Positions 44,208 through 53,068 of a stretch of 64,000 nt of DNA are shown piece by piece; the first letter of the stretch is position 1, and each line of letters opens with the position of its first letter. The notes beneath the pieces were generated by a model, which ran no database searches, was not told the DNA's origin, and worked only from the letters and a program-made list of their open reading frames with translations. The stretch lies in the NCBI GenBank assembly GCA_965223005.1, contig CBDCVK010000010.1, positions 128,001-192,000 on the forward strand. Direction: 5' to 3'. The translations under genes were made by a program, and so were the position numbers. This DNA comes from Terriglobia bacterium. Lineage in GTDB: Bacteria > Acidobacteriota > Terriglobia > JAJPHL01 > JAPKYU01.

Positions 44208-44243
44208 CATAGGTAAACACTGACCGACTAGTGGGGACCTATC
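44208..44243. repeat. 15-6-15 site B1
   Basis: CATAGGTAAACACTG-ACCGAC-TAGTGGGGACCTATC. Confidence 0.85.
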
Positions 44244-44377
44244 TGCCAAGTCTGAACTAGCTTTTTCCGTTTCAGAGAATTACTGCAGCCTGAGAAAGTA
44301 TTAAGAGCGCGGGAGATAGACCAGACCAGTCATAGGAGTGGTCGTATGTGGCTATAATCACTGACTTGAGGAGTTCC

Positions 44378-46105
44378 ATGCGGTCCCTCTTGAACGAGCT
44401 GCTTATAGCGGCCGTGTTTTCCCTCATGTGTCTTCCAGCTTTGGGCCAGTTTGCTCAACCTGCTTACTCGCGGCTGGACGCGCAGGGCACTCTTCCTGCG
44501 GGGCGCGTTGACGCACCCATTGTGTACGACACACCGGGCCGCCGCTTATTAATGTTTGGCGGGAAGGATGCCGCCAGTCCGCGCAGCGACCTTTGGGAGT
44601 ATTCCTTCGATCGCCGCGAGTGGACCGAGTTGAATCCATCCGGGACCTTGCCTCCAGCTCGTTTTGGACATACCACGGTCTTTGATCCTGTTCGCCGCCG
44701 CCTGGTCTTATTTGGGGGCCAGTCCTCGGGGTTTTTCAGCGACGTTTGGGCATACGATATCGCTCAAAACACGTGGCAACAGCTTAGCTCCGACGAGGCC
44801 GGTCCGAACCGCCGGTATGGTCATTCGGCGATTTACGATGCTGCGAGAGATCGCCTTATCATCTCGCACGGGTTTACGAACGCCGGCCGATTCGATGACA
44901 CCTGGGCCTTTGAGCTGGGGACAAACACTTGGCAAGAGATCTCATCTTCCGAAATCAGGCCACTCCGTCGCTGTTTACACCACTCGGTTTACGACGAAGA
45001 AAACGGGCAAATGCTGTTGTTCGGGGGGTGCGCCAGTGGATTCGGCCCGTGCCCCCTGGATGATCTATGGTCGTTCGATTTGAGCACAAACCAATGGACG
45101 GAGCGCGGTCCGGCCCCTAAACCGGCGGCCCGACAATGGTATGGCATGGCGTTTGATCACACTCGCAGTCGGCTAGTCCTGTTTGGCGGATTAGGCGGCG
45201 GCTCTCTCAACGACACTTGGGAGTACGACACAGTCGCCGACTCCTGGAACCAACTCGCGCCCAGCGGCGAGATTCCCGTTGGCAGGTTTCGGCACGAAGC
45301 CACTTTTGTTGCCGATCTAGGAGCAGTCCTGTTTTTCGGCGGTCGTGTCGACTCCGGTCCCAGCAACGAACTCTGGATGCTGTCCTACTCCTCAAACGCC
45401 GTCGTCAACGCCGCCACGTTTCTTCCTGGCCTTGCTGCTCCGGGGCAAATCCTCACCCTGTTCGGCACCGATCTGGCCTCGATGACCTCTGGGGCCGGGG
45501 CACCGCCATTGCCGACCATGCTTGGGGGAGCGAGCGTGAAATTGGGGGACTTCGACGCTCCGCTGTTCTTCGTCTCGGCGCTTCAAATCAATTTCCAAGT
45601 CCCCTGGGAATTGGCGGGGCAGTCGCAGGCGTCCCTGATCGTTGCAAACGGCGGTACCACAATCGGCCCGATGAATGTGAGTCTGGCTCCCTTTGCTCCT
45701 GGCCTGTTTAGCACCGATCAGAGCGGCAGCGGCCAGGGAGCTATCCTGATCTCCGGCAGCGGGGGAGCGGCAGCAGCGCCCAGTGGTGCTTTGCCTGGTT
45801 CTCGGCCAGTCAGGCGTGGTGAATTTATCGAAATCTTCTCTATCGGCCTTGGGGCTGTGGAGAAACAGCCCGCCACTGGCGCGCCGGCATTGGCAAATCC
45901 CTTGTCGATGAGCACCTCGACTCCCGTGGTCACCATTGGCGGCGTGCACGCCGCCGTCAGTTTTTCCGGACTGGCTCCTGGTTTCGTAGGGCTTTACCAA
46001 GTCAACGCGGAGGTTCCGGCTAATGCCCGCACGGGGGACGCCGTCCCCGTGGTTCTCACCATTGGTCGTGCCACGTCCAACACCGTTACGATCGCCGTGC
46101 AGTAG
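44378..46105 (+). CDS. Secreted Kelch-repeat beta-propeller protein with TIGR03437-like C-terminal domain
   Basis: Six LFGG...D.W.Y repeats; VVNAATF..QINFQVP..GLAPGFVGLYQVN..SNTVTIAVQ. Confidence 0.88.
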   Translation: MRSLLNELLIAAVFSLMCLPALGQFAQPAYSRLDAQGTLPAGRVDAPIVYDTPGRRLLMFGGKDAASPRSDLWEYSFDRREWTELNPSGTLPPARFGHTTVFDPVRRRLVLFGGQSSGFFSDVWAYDIAQNTWQQLSSDEAGPNRRYGHSAIYDAARDRLIISHGFTNAGRFDDTWAFELGTNTWQEISSSEIRPLRRCLHHSVYDEENGQMLLFGGCASGFGPCPLDDLWSFDLSTNQWTERGPAPKPAARQWYGMAFDHTRSRLVLFGGLGGGSLNDTWEYDTVADSWNQLAPSGEIPVGRFRHEATFVADLGAVLFFGGRVDSGPSNELWMLSYSSNAVVNAATFLPGLAAPGQILTLFGTDLASMTSGAGAPPLPTMLGGASVKLGDFDAPLFFVSALQINFQVPWELAGQSQASLIVANGGTTIGPMNVSLAPFAPGLFSTDQSGSGQGAILISGSGGAAAAPSGALPGSRPVRRGEFIEIFSIGLGAVEKQPATGAPALANPLSMSTSTPVVTIGGVHAAVSFSGLAPGFVGLYQVNAEVPANARTGDAVPVVLTIGRATSNTVTIAVQ

Positions 46106-46279
46106 CCCCTGACAAACCCAGTGTTTCTGAGGTTCGCGCTGGACACGTCGTTGTGACTCTGATTCAATCCGAGGAACTGCGTGGCGGGTCGCATTTCCAA
46201 GCATTGCTCTCGGATGGCCAAACCTCGTTAGGTTTCCCCGCCGGCAGCGCGATGGCAATCTGGTGTTCGGATAAATGAC

Positions 46280-47599
46280 ATGCGAGACGAATTCACCCTT
46301 ACGCGTCGCCGGCTCATTGGTTCGAGTGTGGTGCTCGGAGCTTCAGGAGTAACCGCGGCCTCGGCGGCACTGAGCCCATCACACACTCGGCATCGCATCC
46401 ACCGGTCGGCACAATTACTCGCGCAAGAGTTTACCGTGGCTGCCAAGGTCCCCACGCCAGACCACTACATGCACGATCCAGGGATGACCCGGCTCGGCAA
46501 TGGTCGAATATTTGTCGCGGCGCCGTTAATGGGCTGGCGTGACAAGCGCGTAGCACGCCGAACCCGGAGTCTGCGTTTCATTGTGTCAAGAGAATTGCTT
46601 CTGTCTCGGAGTCGGGATGGAGGGAAGAGCTGGGAGTCTCTGCGGCCTTTACCGTACGTCAATGCAACTCCATTTGTTCATGACGGCAAGCTCTACATGA
46701 TGATCCCGACGGCAACCTATGAAACCCGGCACGATGGGGACAACAAGCTGCTTCTGCTCCGCAGCGATGATGAGGGTGATACCTGGTCCGACCCGGTCAC
46801 GCTGTTTGAAGGTAACTACTGGAATTGTCACACTGGCATGGCGACGGCGGGTGGCCAGCTCTATTGGGCCCTCACGAAAGGCGGCCGTCTCGTCGCGATT
46901 GCCGCCGACCTCTCGAAGGACTTGATGCAACCCGGCACGTGGCGGATGTCGAACGCCGTAAGCTTCCCCGGTGTGCCCCCTAGTCTTACTCGCGAGCTCT
47001 ATCCTCCAAAGGCGGGCGTATGGCCGGTCCAATGGGCTTCGGACGCATGGCTGGAGCCGAATGTTGTCCATGTTCACGGCCGCCTCCTCGTTCTGCTTCG
47101 CACGATCATTGACGAATACGCAACCGCGAGCCTTTGCAGCGTCTGCGACCTCGAGGACAGTGAATCGACGCTGAAGCTTTCCTTCTCGCAGTTCTATCCT
47201 CTCCCGGGCGGTCAGAACAAGTTCTTCATCCTTTACGACGACGTTTCCCGGCTGTTTTGGATGGCGTCCAATTTGGTGACCGATTCACAGGACTTTCAGA
47301 ACAACCGTGAAAGACTCATCGAGATCGGCTACCACGGAGGCCCAGGCAACGAACGTCGTCTCCTGTTTTTGTCCTACAGCCTCGACGCGTTGAATTGGTT
47401 TCCGGCTGGATGTATCGCCAAGTGGCCCAGTCCTCTGCAGGCATTCATGTATCCGTGCGTAGCGGTGGATGGGGACGACCTCGTGCTCATTTCTCGCACG
47501 TCGAAGGACGCTCAGAATCAGCACGACGCCGACCTGGTCACGTTCCACCGAATTCAGGACTTCCGGTCTTTGGCTCTGAACCTCCGTCCGGAGATCTAA
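46280..47599 (+). CDS. Tat-exported BNR/Asp-box (sialidase-fold) protein
   Basis: TRRRLI Tat signal; SRDGGKSW and SDDEGDTW Asp-boxes. Confidence 0.8.
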   Translation: MRDEFTLTRRRLIGSSVVLGASGVTAASAALSPSHTRHRIHRSAQLLAQEFTVAAKVPTPDHYMHDPGMTRLGNGRIFVAAPLMGWRDKRVARRTRSLRFIVSRELLLSRSRDGGKSWESLRPLPYVNATPFVHDGKLYMMIPTATYETRHDGDNKLLLLRSDDEGDTWSDPVTLFEGNYWNCHTGMATAGGQLYWALTKGGRLVAIAADLSKDLMQPGTWRMSNAVSFPGVPPSLTRELYPPKAGVWPVQWASDAWLEPNVVHVHGRLLVLLRTIIDEYATASLCSVCDLEDSESTLKLSFSQFYPLPGGQNKFFILYDDVSRLFWMASNLVTDSQDFQNNRERLIEIGYHGGPGNERRLLFLSYSLDALNWFPAGCIAKWPSPLQAFMYPCVAVDGDDLVLISRTSKDAQNQHDADLVTFHRIQDFRSLALNLRPEI

Positions 47600-47781
47600 G
47601 CACAGAGCGCAACTCAAGGCTGCACCCCACCAGTACACGAGGGCAAGGGTGGTCAGGGCGGGCGGATTGCCGCTCACCTGCATACTCCTCTGCCCACGGA
47701 TTCCGGTCATTGTGTCTGAGAACCTACTGAGCCGTGTACCCACCATCCACCATGAGCGGCGTGGCGGTAATAAAGGAAGCC

Positions 47782-49220
47782 GAGAGTGTCTCACCTTTAG
47801 TTGAAAGTCGAGCGGCGGTTCGCTGACCTGGTTCCGTAGAATCGGGTTGGGAAACTTTCTGGAAAGGGGAACCGCCGTGCAGAGAAGCTACCACATCCTA
47901 GGCCGGAGCGATAGCCGAAGCTCCCGCAAACTGGCTGCCTACCTGGCTCGCCACGGGCAGTTTCTGCTGCCCTGGGTGGAGTTGATCGAACAATCGCGGT
48001 TAGCCGTCGACGAGCTGATCGACGTGGTGGGTAGGGCGGCGATTGAAGCGGTGCTGGAGTTGTCGGCCGCGCAGGTGGCCGGTCCACGCCGTCAGGGCCG
48101 GCGGCGCCGTGGGGTAGGCTGGTATGGGCGCCAGCGGGGACGGGTGCGCCTGAAGGAGAGAAAGCTGGCCGTGCACAGGCCACGGCTCCGGCGGCCAGGC
48201 CGGGGAGCGGGGAAAGAAGTTCCCCTCCCGGCCTACGAAGCCATGCAGGAGGGCGAGGGTCTGGGGGCCCGGATGTTGGATATCTTGCTGCGGGGCGTCT
48301 CGACCCGGCAGTACCAGCGGGTGTTGCCGGAGATGGCGGACACCGTGGGTGTGTCGCGCTCCACGGTCAGCCGGGAAACGATGGAGGCTGCCGCAGCCGA
48401 GTTAGAACGTCTGTTGAACCGCCGCTTCGAGGAAGTAGAGTTGCTGATCCTCTACATCGACGGGATGGTGTTTGGCGACCATCACGTGATTGCGGCTGTG
48501 GGCGTGGATGCGGAAGGGCACAAGCACGTGCTGGGGATTCAGGAGGGGGCTACGGAGAACGCCGCGGCCGTCCAGGACTTGCTGGAAGGTTTAGTGCGGC
48601 GAGGGGTGCAGCCGGCCCAGAAACGGCTGTTTGTGATCGACGGCTCGAAGGCCTTGCGGGCGGCGATCCGCGCCGTGTTCGGGGCCGAGCAGCCGGTGCA
48701 GCGCTGCCGCGCCCACAAGTTGCGCAACGTCCTGGACCGGTTGCCGGAGCCAGAGCGGGACCAGGTGCGGGCGGCGATGCGGGCCGCCTGGCGGTTGGAT
48801 CCGAAGACCGGCAGGGCCAAGCTGGAGAAGTTGGCCCAATGGTTGGAGCGAGATTGTCCGGCCGCGGCGGCCAGCTTGCGGGAGGGTCTGGAGGAATGTT
48901 TCACCATCAACCGGCTGGGGCTTCCGGCTTCGCTGCATCGCTGTCTGGCCACCACCAATCTCATCGAGAGTCCGCAGGCGGGAGTGAGGTTGCGAACTCG
49001 CCGGGTGTGCCGCTGGCGGGATGCGGCCATGGTCCAGCGCTGGGTCGCCTCCAGCTTCCTGGCCACGGAGAAAAACTTCCGCCGCCTGATGGGGTACCAG
49101 GACCTGTGGATGTTGAAAGCGATCCTCGAAGGATCAAAGTCGGCCACTCGACGGGAGGTGGCGTAGTATGATGGCTCCGAACCGCCGCTACGAACTTTCA
49201 ACTGAGTTCAGGACACCCTC
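47782..49220 (+). mobile_element. Complete IS256-family element (1439 bp)
   Basis: About 41-bp imperfect TIRs (GAGAGTGTC..AGTTGAAAGT..AGCGGCGGTTCG); 8-bp TSD AGGAAGCC at 47774-47781 and 49221-49228. Confidence 0.95.
47877..49166 (+). CDS. IS256-family transposase
   Basis: GVSTR, YIDG, VIDGSKAL, QRCRAHK, TTNLIES. Confidence 0.95.
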   Translation: MQRSYHILGRSDSRSSRKLAAYLARHGQFLLPWVELIEQSRLAVDELIDVVGRAAIEAVLELSAAQVAGPRRQGRRRRGVGWYGRQRGRVRLKERKLAVHRPRLRRPGRGAGKEVPLPAYEAMQEGEGLGARMLDILLRGVSTRQYQRVLPEMADTVGVSRSTVSRETMEAAAAELERLLNRRFEEVELLILYIDGMVFGDHHVIAAVGVDAEGHKHVLGIQEGATENAAAVQDLLEGLVRRGVQPAQKRLFVIDGSKALRAAIRAVFGAEQPVQRCRAHKLRNVLDRLPEPERDQVRAAMRAAWRLDPKTGRAKLEKLAQWLERDCPAAAASLREGLEECFTINRLGLPASLHRCLATTNLIESPQAGVRLRTRRVCRWRDAAMVQRWVASSFLATEKNFRRLMGYQDLWMLKAILEGSKSATRREVA

Positions 49221-49988
49221 AGGAAGCCTCCTCAGAGGCAAGGAAGAGAATGGCATTCGCCACTTCGCGAGGATCGCCCATGCGCTTGATGAAATGCAGC
49301 GGTGCATACAGTTCCACTACCTGTTCCTTGGTCAGTCCCTTACTTGTGGCATCGCGCATTGTGGCGGGGGTATCTATAGCTCCCGGGCAGACGCAATTCA
49401 CGCGAATGTTATCCGGCGCCAGATCGAAGGCTAGGCATCGTGTCATCTGCAGCACTGCCCCTTTGCTGGCATTGTAGGGGACAAAAGCAGGCTGCGCGAT
49501 GAATGAGCTAATGGAGCCCAGGTTTACGATGGACCCGCCTCCGCGCTTTCGCATGTGGGGGACAGCGTACTTGGAGCAGAACGCGTACCCTTTGACGTTC
49601 ACGTTCAGGACCCGGTCCCAATCCTGCTCGCTGGCCTCTTCCACTGTTCCGAAAACAAAGGCCGCCGCGTTGTTCACCAGGATATCCGGGCCACCCAGTT
49701 CGCGGGCAGCGGTGTTCATCAGCTCCCGCACTTCGGACTCGATGGAGATATCGGTCTTGTGAAAGAAGGTCCTACCGCCGGCAGCTTTGATCCGGGCCAC
49801 AGTCTCCTCGCCGCCGCGGACGTCTAGGTCCGCTACACAAACAGCAGCGCCCTCCTCGGCAAAACGAATTGCCGTAGCCCGGCCAATTCCCGAACTTGAG
49901 CCGGTAACCACCGCCACTTTGTTCGCTAGACGCATGTTCTCCTCCTCAGCTCATTTCACCTGCGGCTTTCAGAACTTCTGCCTCAAAA

Positions 49989-50094
49989 CATGAGTAAACA
50001 CTAACGGGCTAGCGTTTACCAATGTTCTGCCTGGATGGTATGGCGTTCCTTAGTTAAGGATAGGTAAACACTAACCGACAAGTGGAAACCTACC
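49989..50094. repeat. Paired 15-6-15 sites A1 + linker + B2
   Basis: CATGAGTAAACACTA-ACGGGC-TAGCGTTTACCAATG (49989-50024); GATAGGTAAACACTA-ACCGAC-AAGTGGAAACCTACC (50059-50094). Confidence 0.9.
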
Positions 50095-50200
50095 TGCCAA
50101 GTCGGAGCCAACTCTTGCCGTATTAGGAAGGCCGCCGCTGATCACCGAGAGACAGATCGTGGCTGAAACCGCGTTCTGAGTGTGAGGGGAAAGAGAACTC

Positions 50201-51055
50201 TCACGGGTCACGGCGTTTCGGTGGGGCAGCTGACACGCCTTCTAAGCCACCACTGACTCTGAGCACCTCGCCCGTGATCCAAGAGGCTGCCGGACTGCAC
50301 AGAAAAGCAACGCTCCGTGCGATATCGGCTGGCTCTCCCCATCGCCCCAGCGGGATAGCGCTGCGAATGCGCTCAATCATCTGATCCTCGCTGAGATTCA
50401 GGGTTTGGCAGCGCTGCGCCATGACGGTCTTGTTAAATTCCGTGTAGACAGGCCCCGGACTCACGGCGTTTACCCGCACGCCGTAGGCGGCAAGCTCTAG
50501 TGCCAACGTCTTGGTCAGACTGATCACACCGGCCTTGGCCACGTTGTAGGCCGCGACCAGCGCTGCTGGATTCTGGCCGTTGATGGAGGCAATATTGACG
50601 ATACACCCGGATCCCTGCCGCTCCATGATTCGTGCTGCGGCGCGGCAACAACAGAACGTTCCGGTCAAGGTGACACCTAGGACGCGTGCCCATTCCTGGT
50701 CTGTCAGATGGACGACCGGGGCGACGTCTTGTCCAACACCGGCATTGTTGACCAGAATGTCCAACCGACCGTATTCAGCAACTGTCCTGTCGAAGAACCC
50801 GGTCACCCCACTACTGGCGGAGATATCCAAATGGGCTGGCTGCACATTCGAACCTTGCTCCCGCAACCTTTGGGCCGATGCCTGTGCATTTTCCAGTCTG
50901 ATGTCAGCTATGATCACCCCGGCGCCGTCGCAGGCAAGCTGCTCAGCGATCCCCAAGCCCAGCCCCTGGGCCGCTCCGGTCACCACCGCAACTAAGCCAT
51001 CCAGCCTATGCAAAGAAGTCGTACCTTCACTCATGAACGAACTCCCTTGATGCAT
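50201..51055 (-). CDS. SDR family oxidoreductase (FabG-like)
   Basis: TGAAQGLG, NNAG, YNVAK, PLGRWGEP. Confidence 0.92.
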   Translation of the reverse strand: MHQGSSFMSEGTTSLHRLDGLVAVVTGAAQGLGLGIAEQLACDGAGVIIADIRLENAQASAQRLREQGSNVQPAHLDISASSGVTGFFDRTVAEYGRLDILVNNAGVGQDVAPVVHLTDQEWARVLGVTLTGTFCCCRAAARIMERQGSGCIVNIASINGQNPAALVAAYNVAKAGVISLTKTLALELAAYGVRVNAVSPGPVYTEFNKTVMAQRCQTLNLSEDQMIERIRSAIPLGRWGEPADIARSVAFLCSPAASWITGEVLRVSGGLEGVSAAPPKRRDP

Positions 51056-51143
51056 TATCCCCGTCCAGCAAGACTACAGAGTCGGCCACAGCTACCACAT
51101 GACCGATCCGGCCAATGGACGTCAAGGTCTTACTCATTGGGTT

Positions 51144-51503
51144 TCATGGGCGGTCTCGGAGCGGTATTAACTCTCGGCAATTGGTAACGAAAGCATCAAG
51201 ATTATCAGGGACGAATCTAATACGCGGTGGCCAACCTCGCCTCCGGACGTACACGTGTGGATGGAATGCGGCCCAATCGTTATTGTACGACCACCAAGTC
51301 TCAATCGGGCGACGGAAAGCATCGGCAGCCACCGGCTTGGGACGTACGCCGATCTCTATGATCTTGTCGAATGGAATCTTGATCGCGTGGAAAAGAATCC
51401 GTGCTTCCAGCTCAATTCGGTCGCGGTAGATACGATACTCTTGACGCCAACTGAGACGGTGGGGATTGGAAACGTAAACCGGATCGTCTGTCGCGCTTCC
51501 CAT
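51144..51503 (-). CDS. Hypothetical protein
   Basis: 119-aa ORF with GAGG RBS; no recognised motif. Confidence 0.6.
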   Translation of the reverse strand: MGSATDDPVYVSNPHRLSWRQEYRIYRDRIELEARILFHAIKIPFDKIIEIGVRPKPVAADAFRRPIETWWSYNNDWAAFHPHVYVRRRGWPPRIRFVPDNLDAFVTNCRELIPLRDRP

Positions 51504-51555
51504 TCCTCGACTCGTTGACCTCAGCCACTACCCCAGAGTCAATTTACCGACCTGC

Positions 51556-51891
51556 TCATTGAGCCTTAGTTAGTTCAACACCGTCCACGACCATTTTCCA
51601 TCTACCGCCTTCTTGGTAAGGCGGCTTGGAAACGACGAAGATGGTTGAAAGGAATGAGATACCAACAGAGAAATCATCGCCTTGGAATCCTTGGAGAGGC
51701 CCAGTAATTGACGTTTTTCTCCCTTCCTTAAGCCGTTCGTATTCTATGCTCCCGTCTTGTGTAATTAACAGATACATTTCTGGGGCCCTCCACTGGCCAA
51801 CGTAGTCTGCTTTGTCAGCCGGGACTGGTTTGCCACAACTGGACAGAAATAACGTGAGAAGAAGGATTGCGGGAATTGCTCGAACGTTCAT
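51556..51891 (-). CDS. Hypothetical lipoprotein
   Basis: MNVRAIPAILLLTLFLSSC lipobox; WKMVVDGVEL terminus. Confidence 0.75.
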   Translation of the reverse strand: MNVRAIPAILLLTLFLSSCGKPVPADKADYVGQWRAPEMYLLITQDGSIEYERLKEGRKTSITGPLQGFQGDDFSVGISFLSTIFVVSKPPYQEGGRWKMVVDGVELTKAQ

Positions 51892-52167
51892 ATGGTGTCC
51901 CTTAGCTGGAATTTCCGGTTTCAACCCTTGCTCGGCTCCAGATTCTGGCCGGTCATGCGCCCCCCTCTTGCCGGCCATGCTACGCCCCGCCCCGCAGCCA
52001 AGTCAACGCGGCGACCCGGCCAGGCGCCGTTAGCTCTGCCGTCGTTGACAGTTTAAGGCCCGCGCGACCTAGACTCTGCCACATCTCTCCATTAGGCCCT
52101 TAGCCGCGCCACTGATTCCTCGGTGGCATAGCCTGCTCGCATGGTTGCCCCGTGATCCTGAATGCCG

Positions 52168-52272
52168 GATAGGTCTTCCCTAACGGGCTAGCGTTTACCA
52201 ATGTTCTGCCTGGATGGTATGGTGTTCCTTAGTAAGGATAGGTAAACACTAACCGACTAGTTGGGGCCTATC
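52168..52272. repeat. Paired 15-6-15 sites A2 + linker + B3
   Basis: GATAGGTCTTCCCTA-ACGGGC-TAGCGTTTACCAATG (52168-52203); GATAGGTAAACACTA-ACCGAC-TAGTTGGGGCCTATC (52237-52272). Confidence 0.9.
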
Positions 52273-52302
52273 TGTCACGGCACTAGTTCGAGGAGGTGGT
52301 TC

Positions 52303-52827
52303 ATGATTCGAAGATCAACCCTGGTTTCGACGCTCTTTCTCTTGGTCTCGGTGTCGGCGATCTCTCTCGCGGCGGACCACAAGAGGATTTTGACTGTTGA
52401 TGTTGCGTTGGCGAAAATCGCCGGCGGTGCCCTGACTGCGAGCAGCACGACCTCTCTACCGGTTCTCTATTTCGACACCGCCCAGGTGGCTGCCGCCTTT
52501 GACCGGGGCGCGGTGGTGCTGGGCGAAGAGCCCGGGCGCAACTACCAGGTGCACGCCAGTCGGCGCGAAAAAGCCGGCGAGGTTGAAGTACACCTGTTGG
52601 ATACGGATATTTTCTATGTGCTCCGAGGCACCGCAACTTTCGTCACCGGAGGCACGGTCGTGGGCGGAAAGACAACCGCGCCGAATGAGATCCTTGGGGC
52701 ATCCATCCGCGACGGCAAGACTCACCAGTTAGTTAAAGGCGACGTCATCATCGTGCCTCAAAGCACGCCCCACTGGTTCAAGCAAGTGAAGGCGCCCTTC
52801 CTCTACTTCGTTGTTAAAGTGCGCTGA
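52303..52827 (+). CDS. Secreted cupin-domain protein
   Basis: AGGAGG RBS; signal peptide; EVH..TDIFYVLRG and GDVIIVPQSTPHWF cupin motifs. Confidence 0.85.
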   Translation: MIRRSTLVSTLFLLVSVSAISLAADHKRILTVDVALAKIAGGALTASSTTSLPVLYFDTAQVAAAFDRGAVVLGEEPGRNYQVHASRREKAGEVEVHLLDTDIFYVLRGTATFVTGGTVVGGKTTAPNEILGASIRDGKTHQLVKGDVIIVPQSTPHWFKQVKAPFLYFVVKVR

Positions 52828-52847
52828 GGTCGGGTTCAGCAATGCCG

Positions 52848-52883
52848 GATAGGTCCACACTAACGGGCTAGTGTTTACTTACG
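52848..52883. repeat. 15-6-15 site A3
   Basis: GATAGGTCCACACTA-ACGGGC-TAGTGTTTACTTACG. Confidence 0.88.
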
Positions 52884-53068
52884 TTCCAGCCTGGACGTAT
52901 CTGGACGCCGGGAGGATCTATCTGGCATAATTGGTCCATCCGTGTTTGAAGCGCCAGGCTCTGGGGGGCTAAGCGTCGGGACGCGAGAGCCTCACAAACG
53001 CGTTTTTCGCCACTACGACGCGTGCACGGACCGGGAAGACCGTCGGTTCGCGGCAGGTGTCGTGATGA

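Larger units (their letters stand above)
47724..49935 (-). pseudogene. SDR oxidoreductase interrupted near its 3' end by IS256
   Basis: TGSSSGIG, NNAA, YNASK; reading ...LASEEAS continues as FITATPLMVDGGYTAQ* at 47773-47724 beyond the IS. Confidence 0.9.

Noticed and set aside
46103-46235. Possible IS end remnant (CCCCTGACAAAC...) after the Kelch gene
   Set aside because: No partner inverted repeat or transposase reading frame visible.
51900-52035. Possible attC upstream of the lipoprotein gene (GTTAGCT at 52029)
   Set aside because: No convincing complementary RYYYAAC partner or paired stem.
44208-52883. Repeats as a CRISPR array
   Set aside because: Spacing is irregular (70 bp to 5.8 kb), the linker is conserved rather than unique, and there are no cas genes.
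44208-52883. Repeats as canonical dif/pdif sites
   Set aside because: Geometry is similar but no arm resembles the XerD consensus TTATGTTAAAT; a divergent lineage-specific Xer site cannot be fully excluded.
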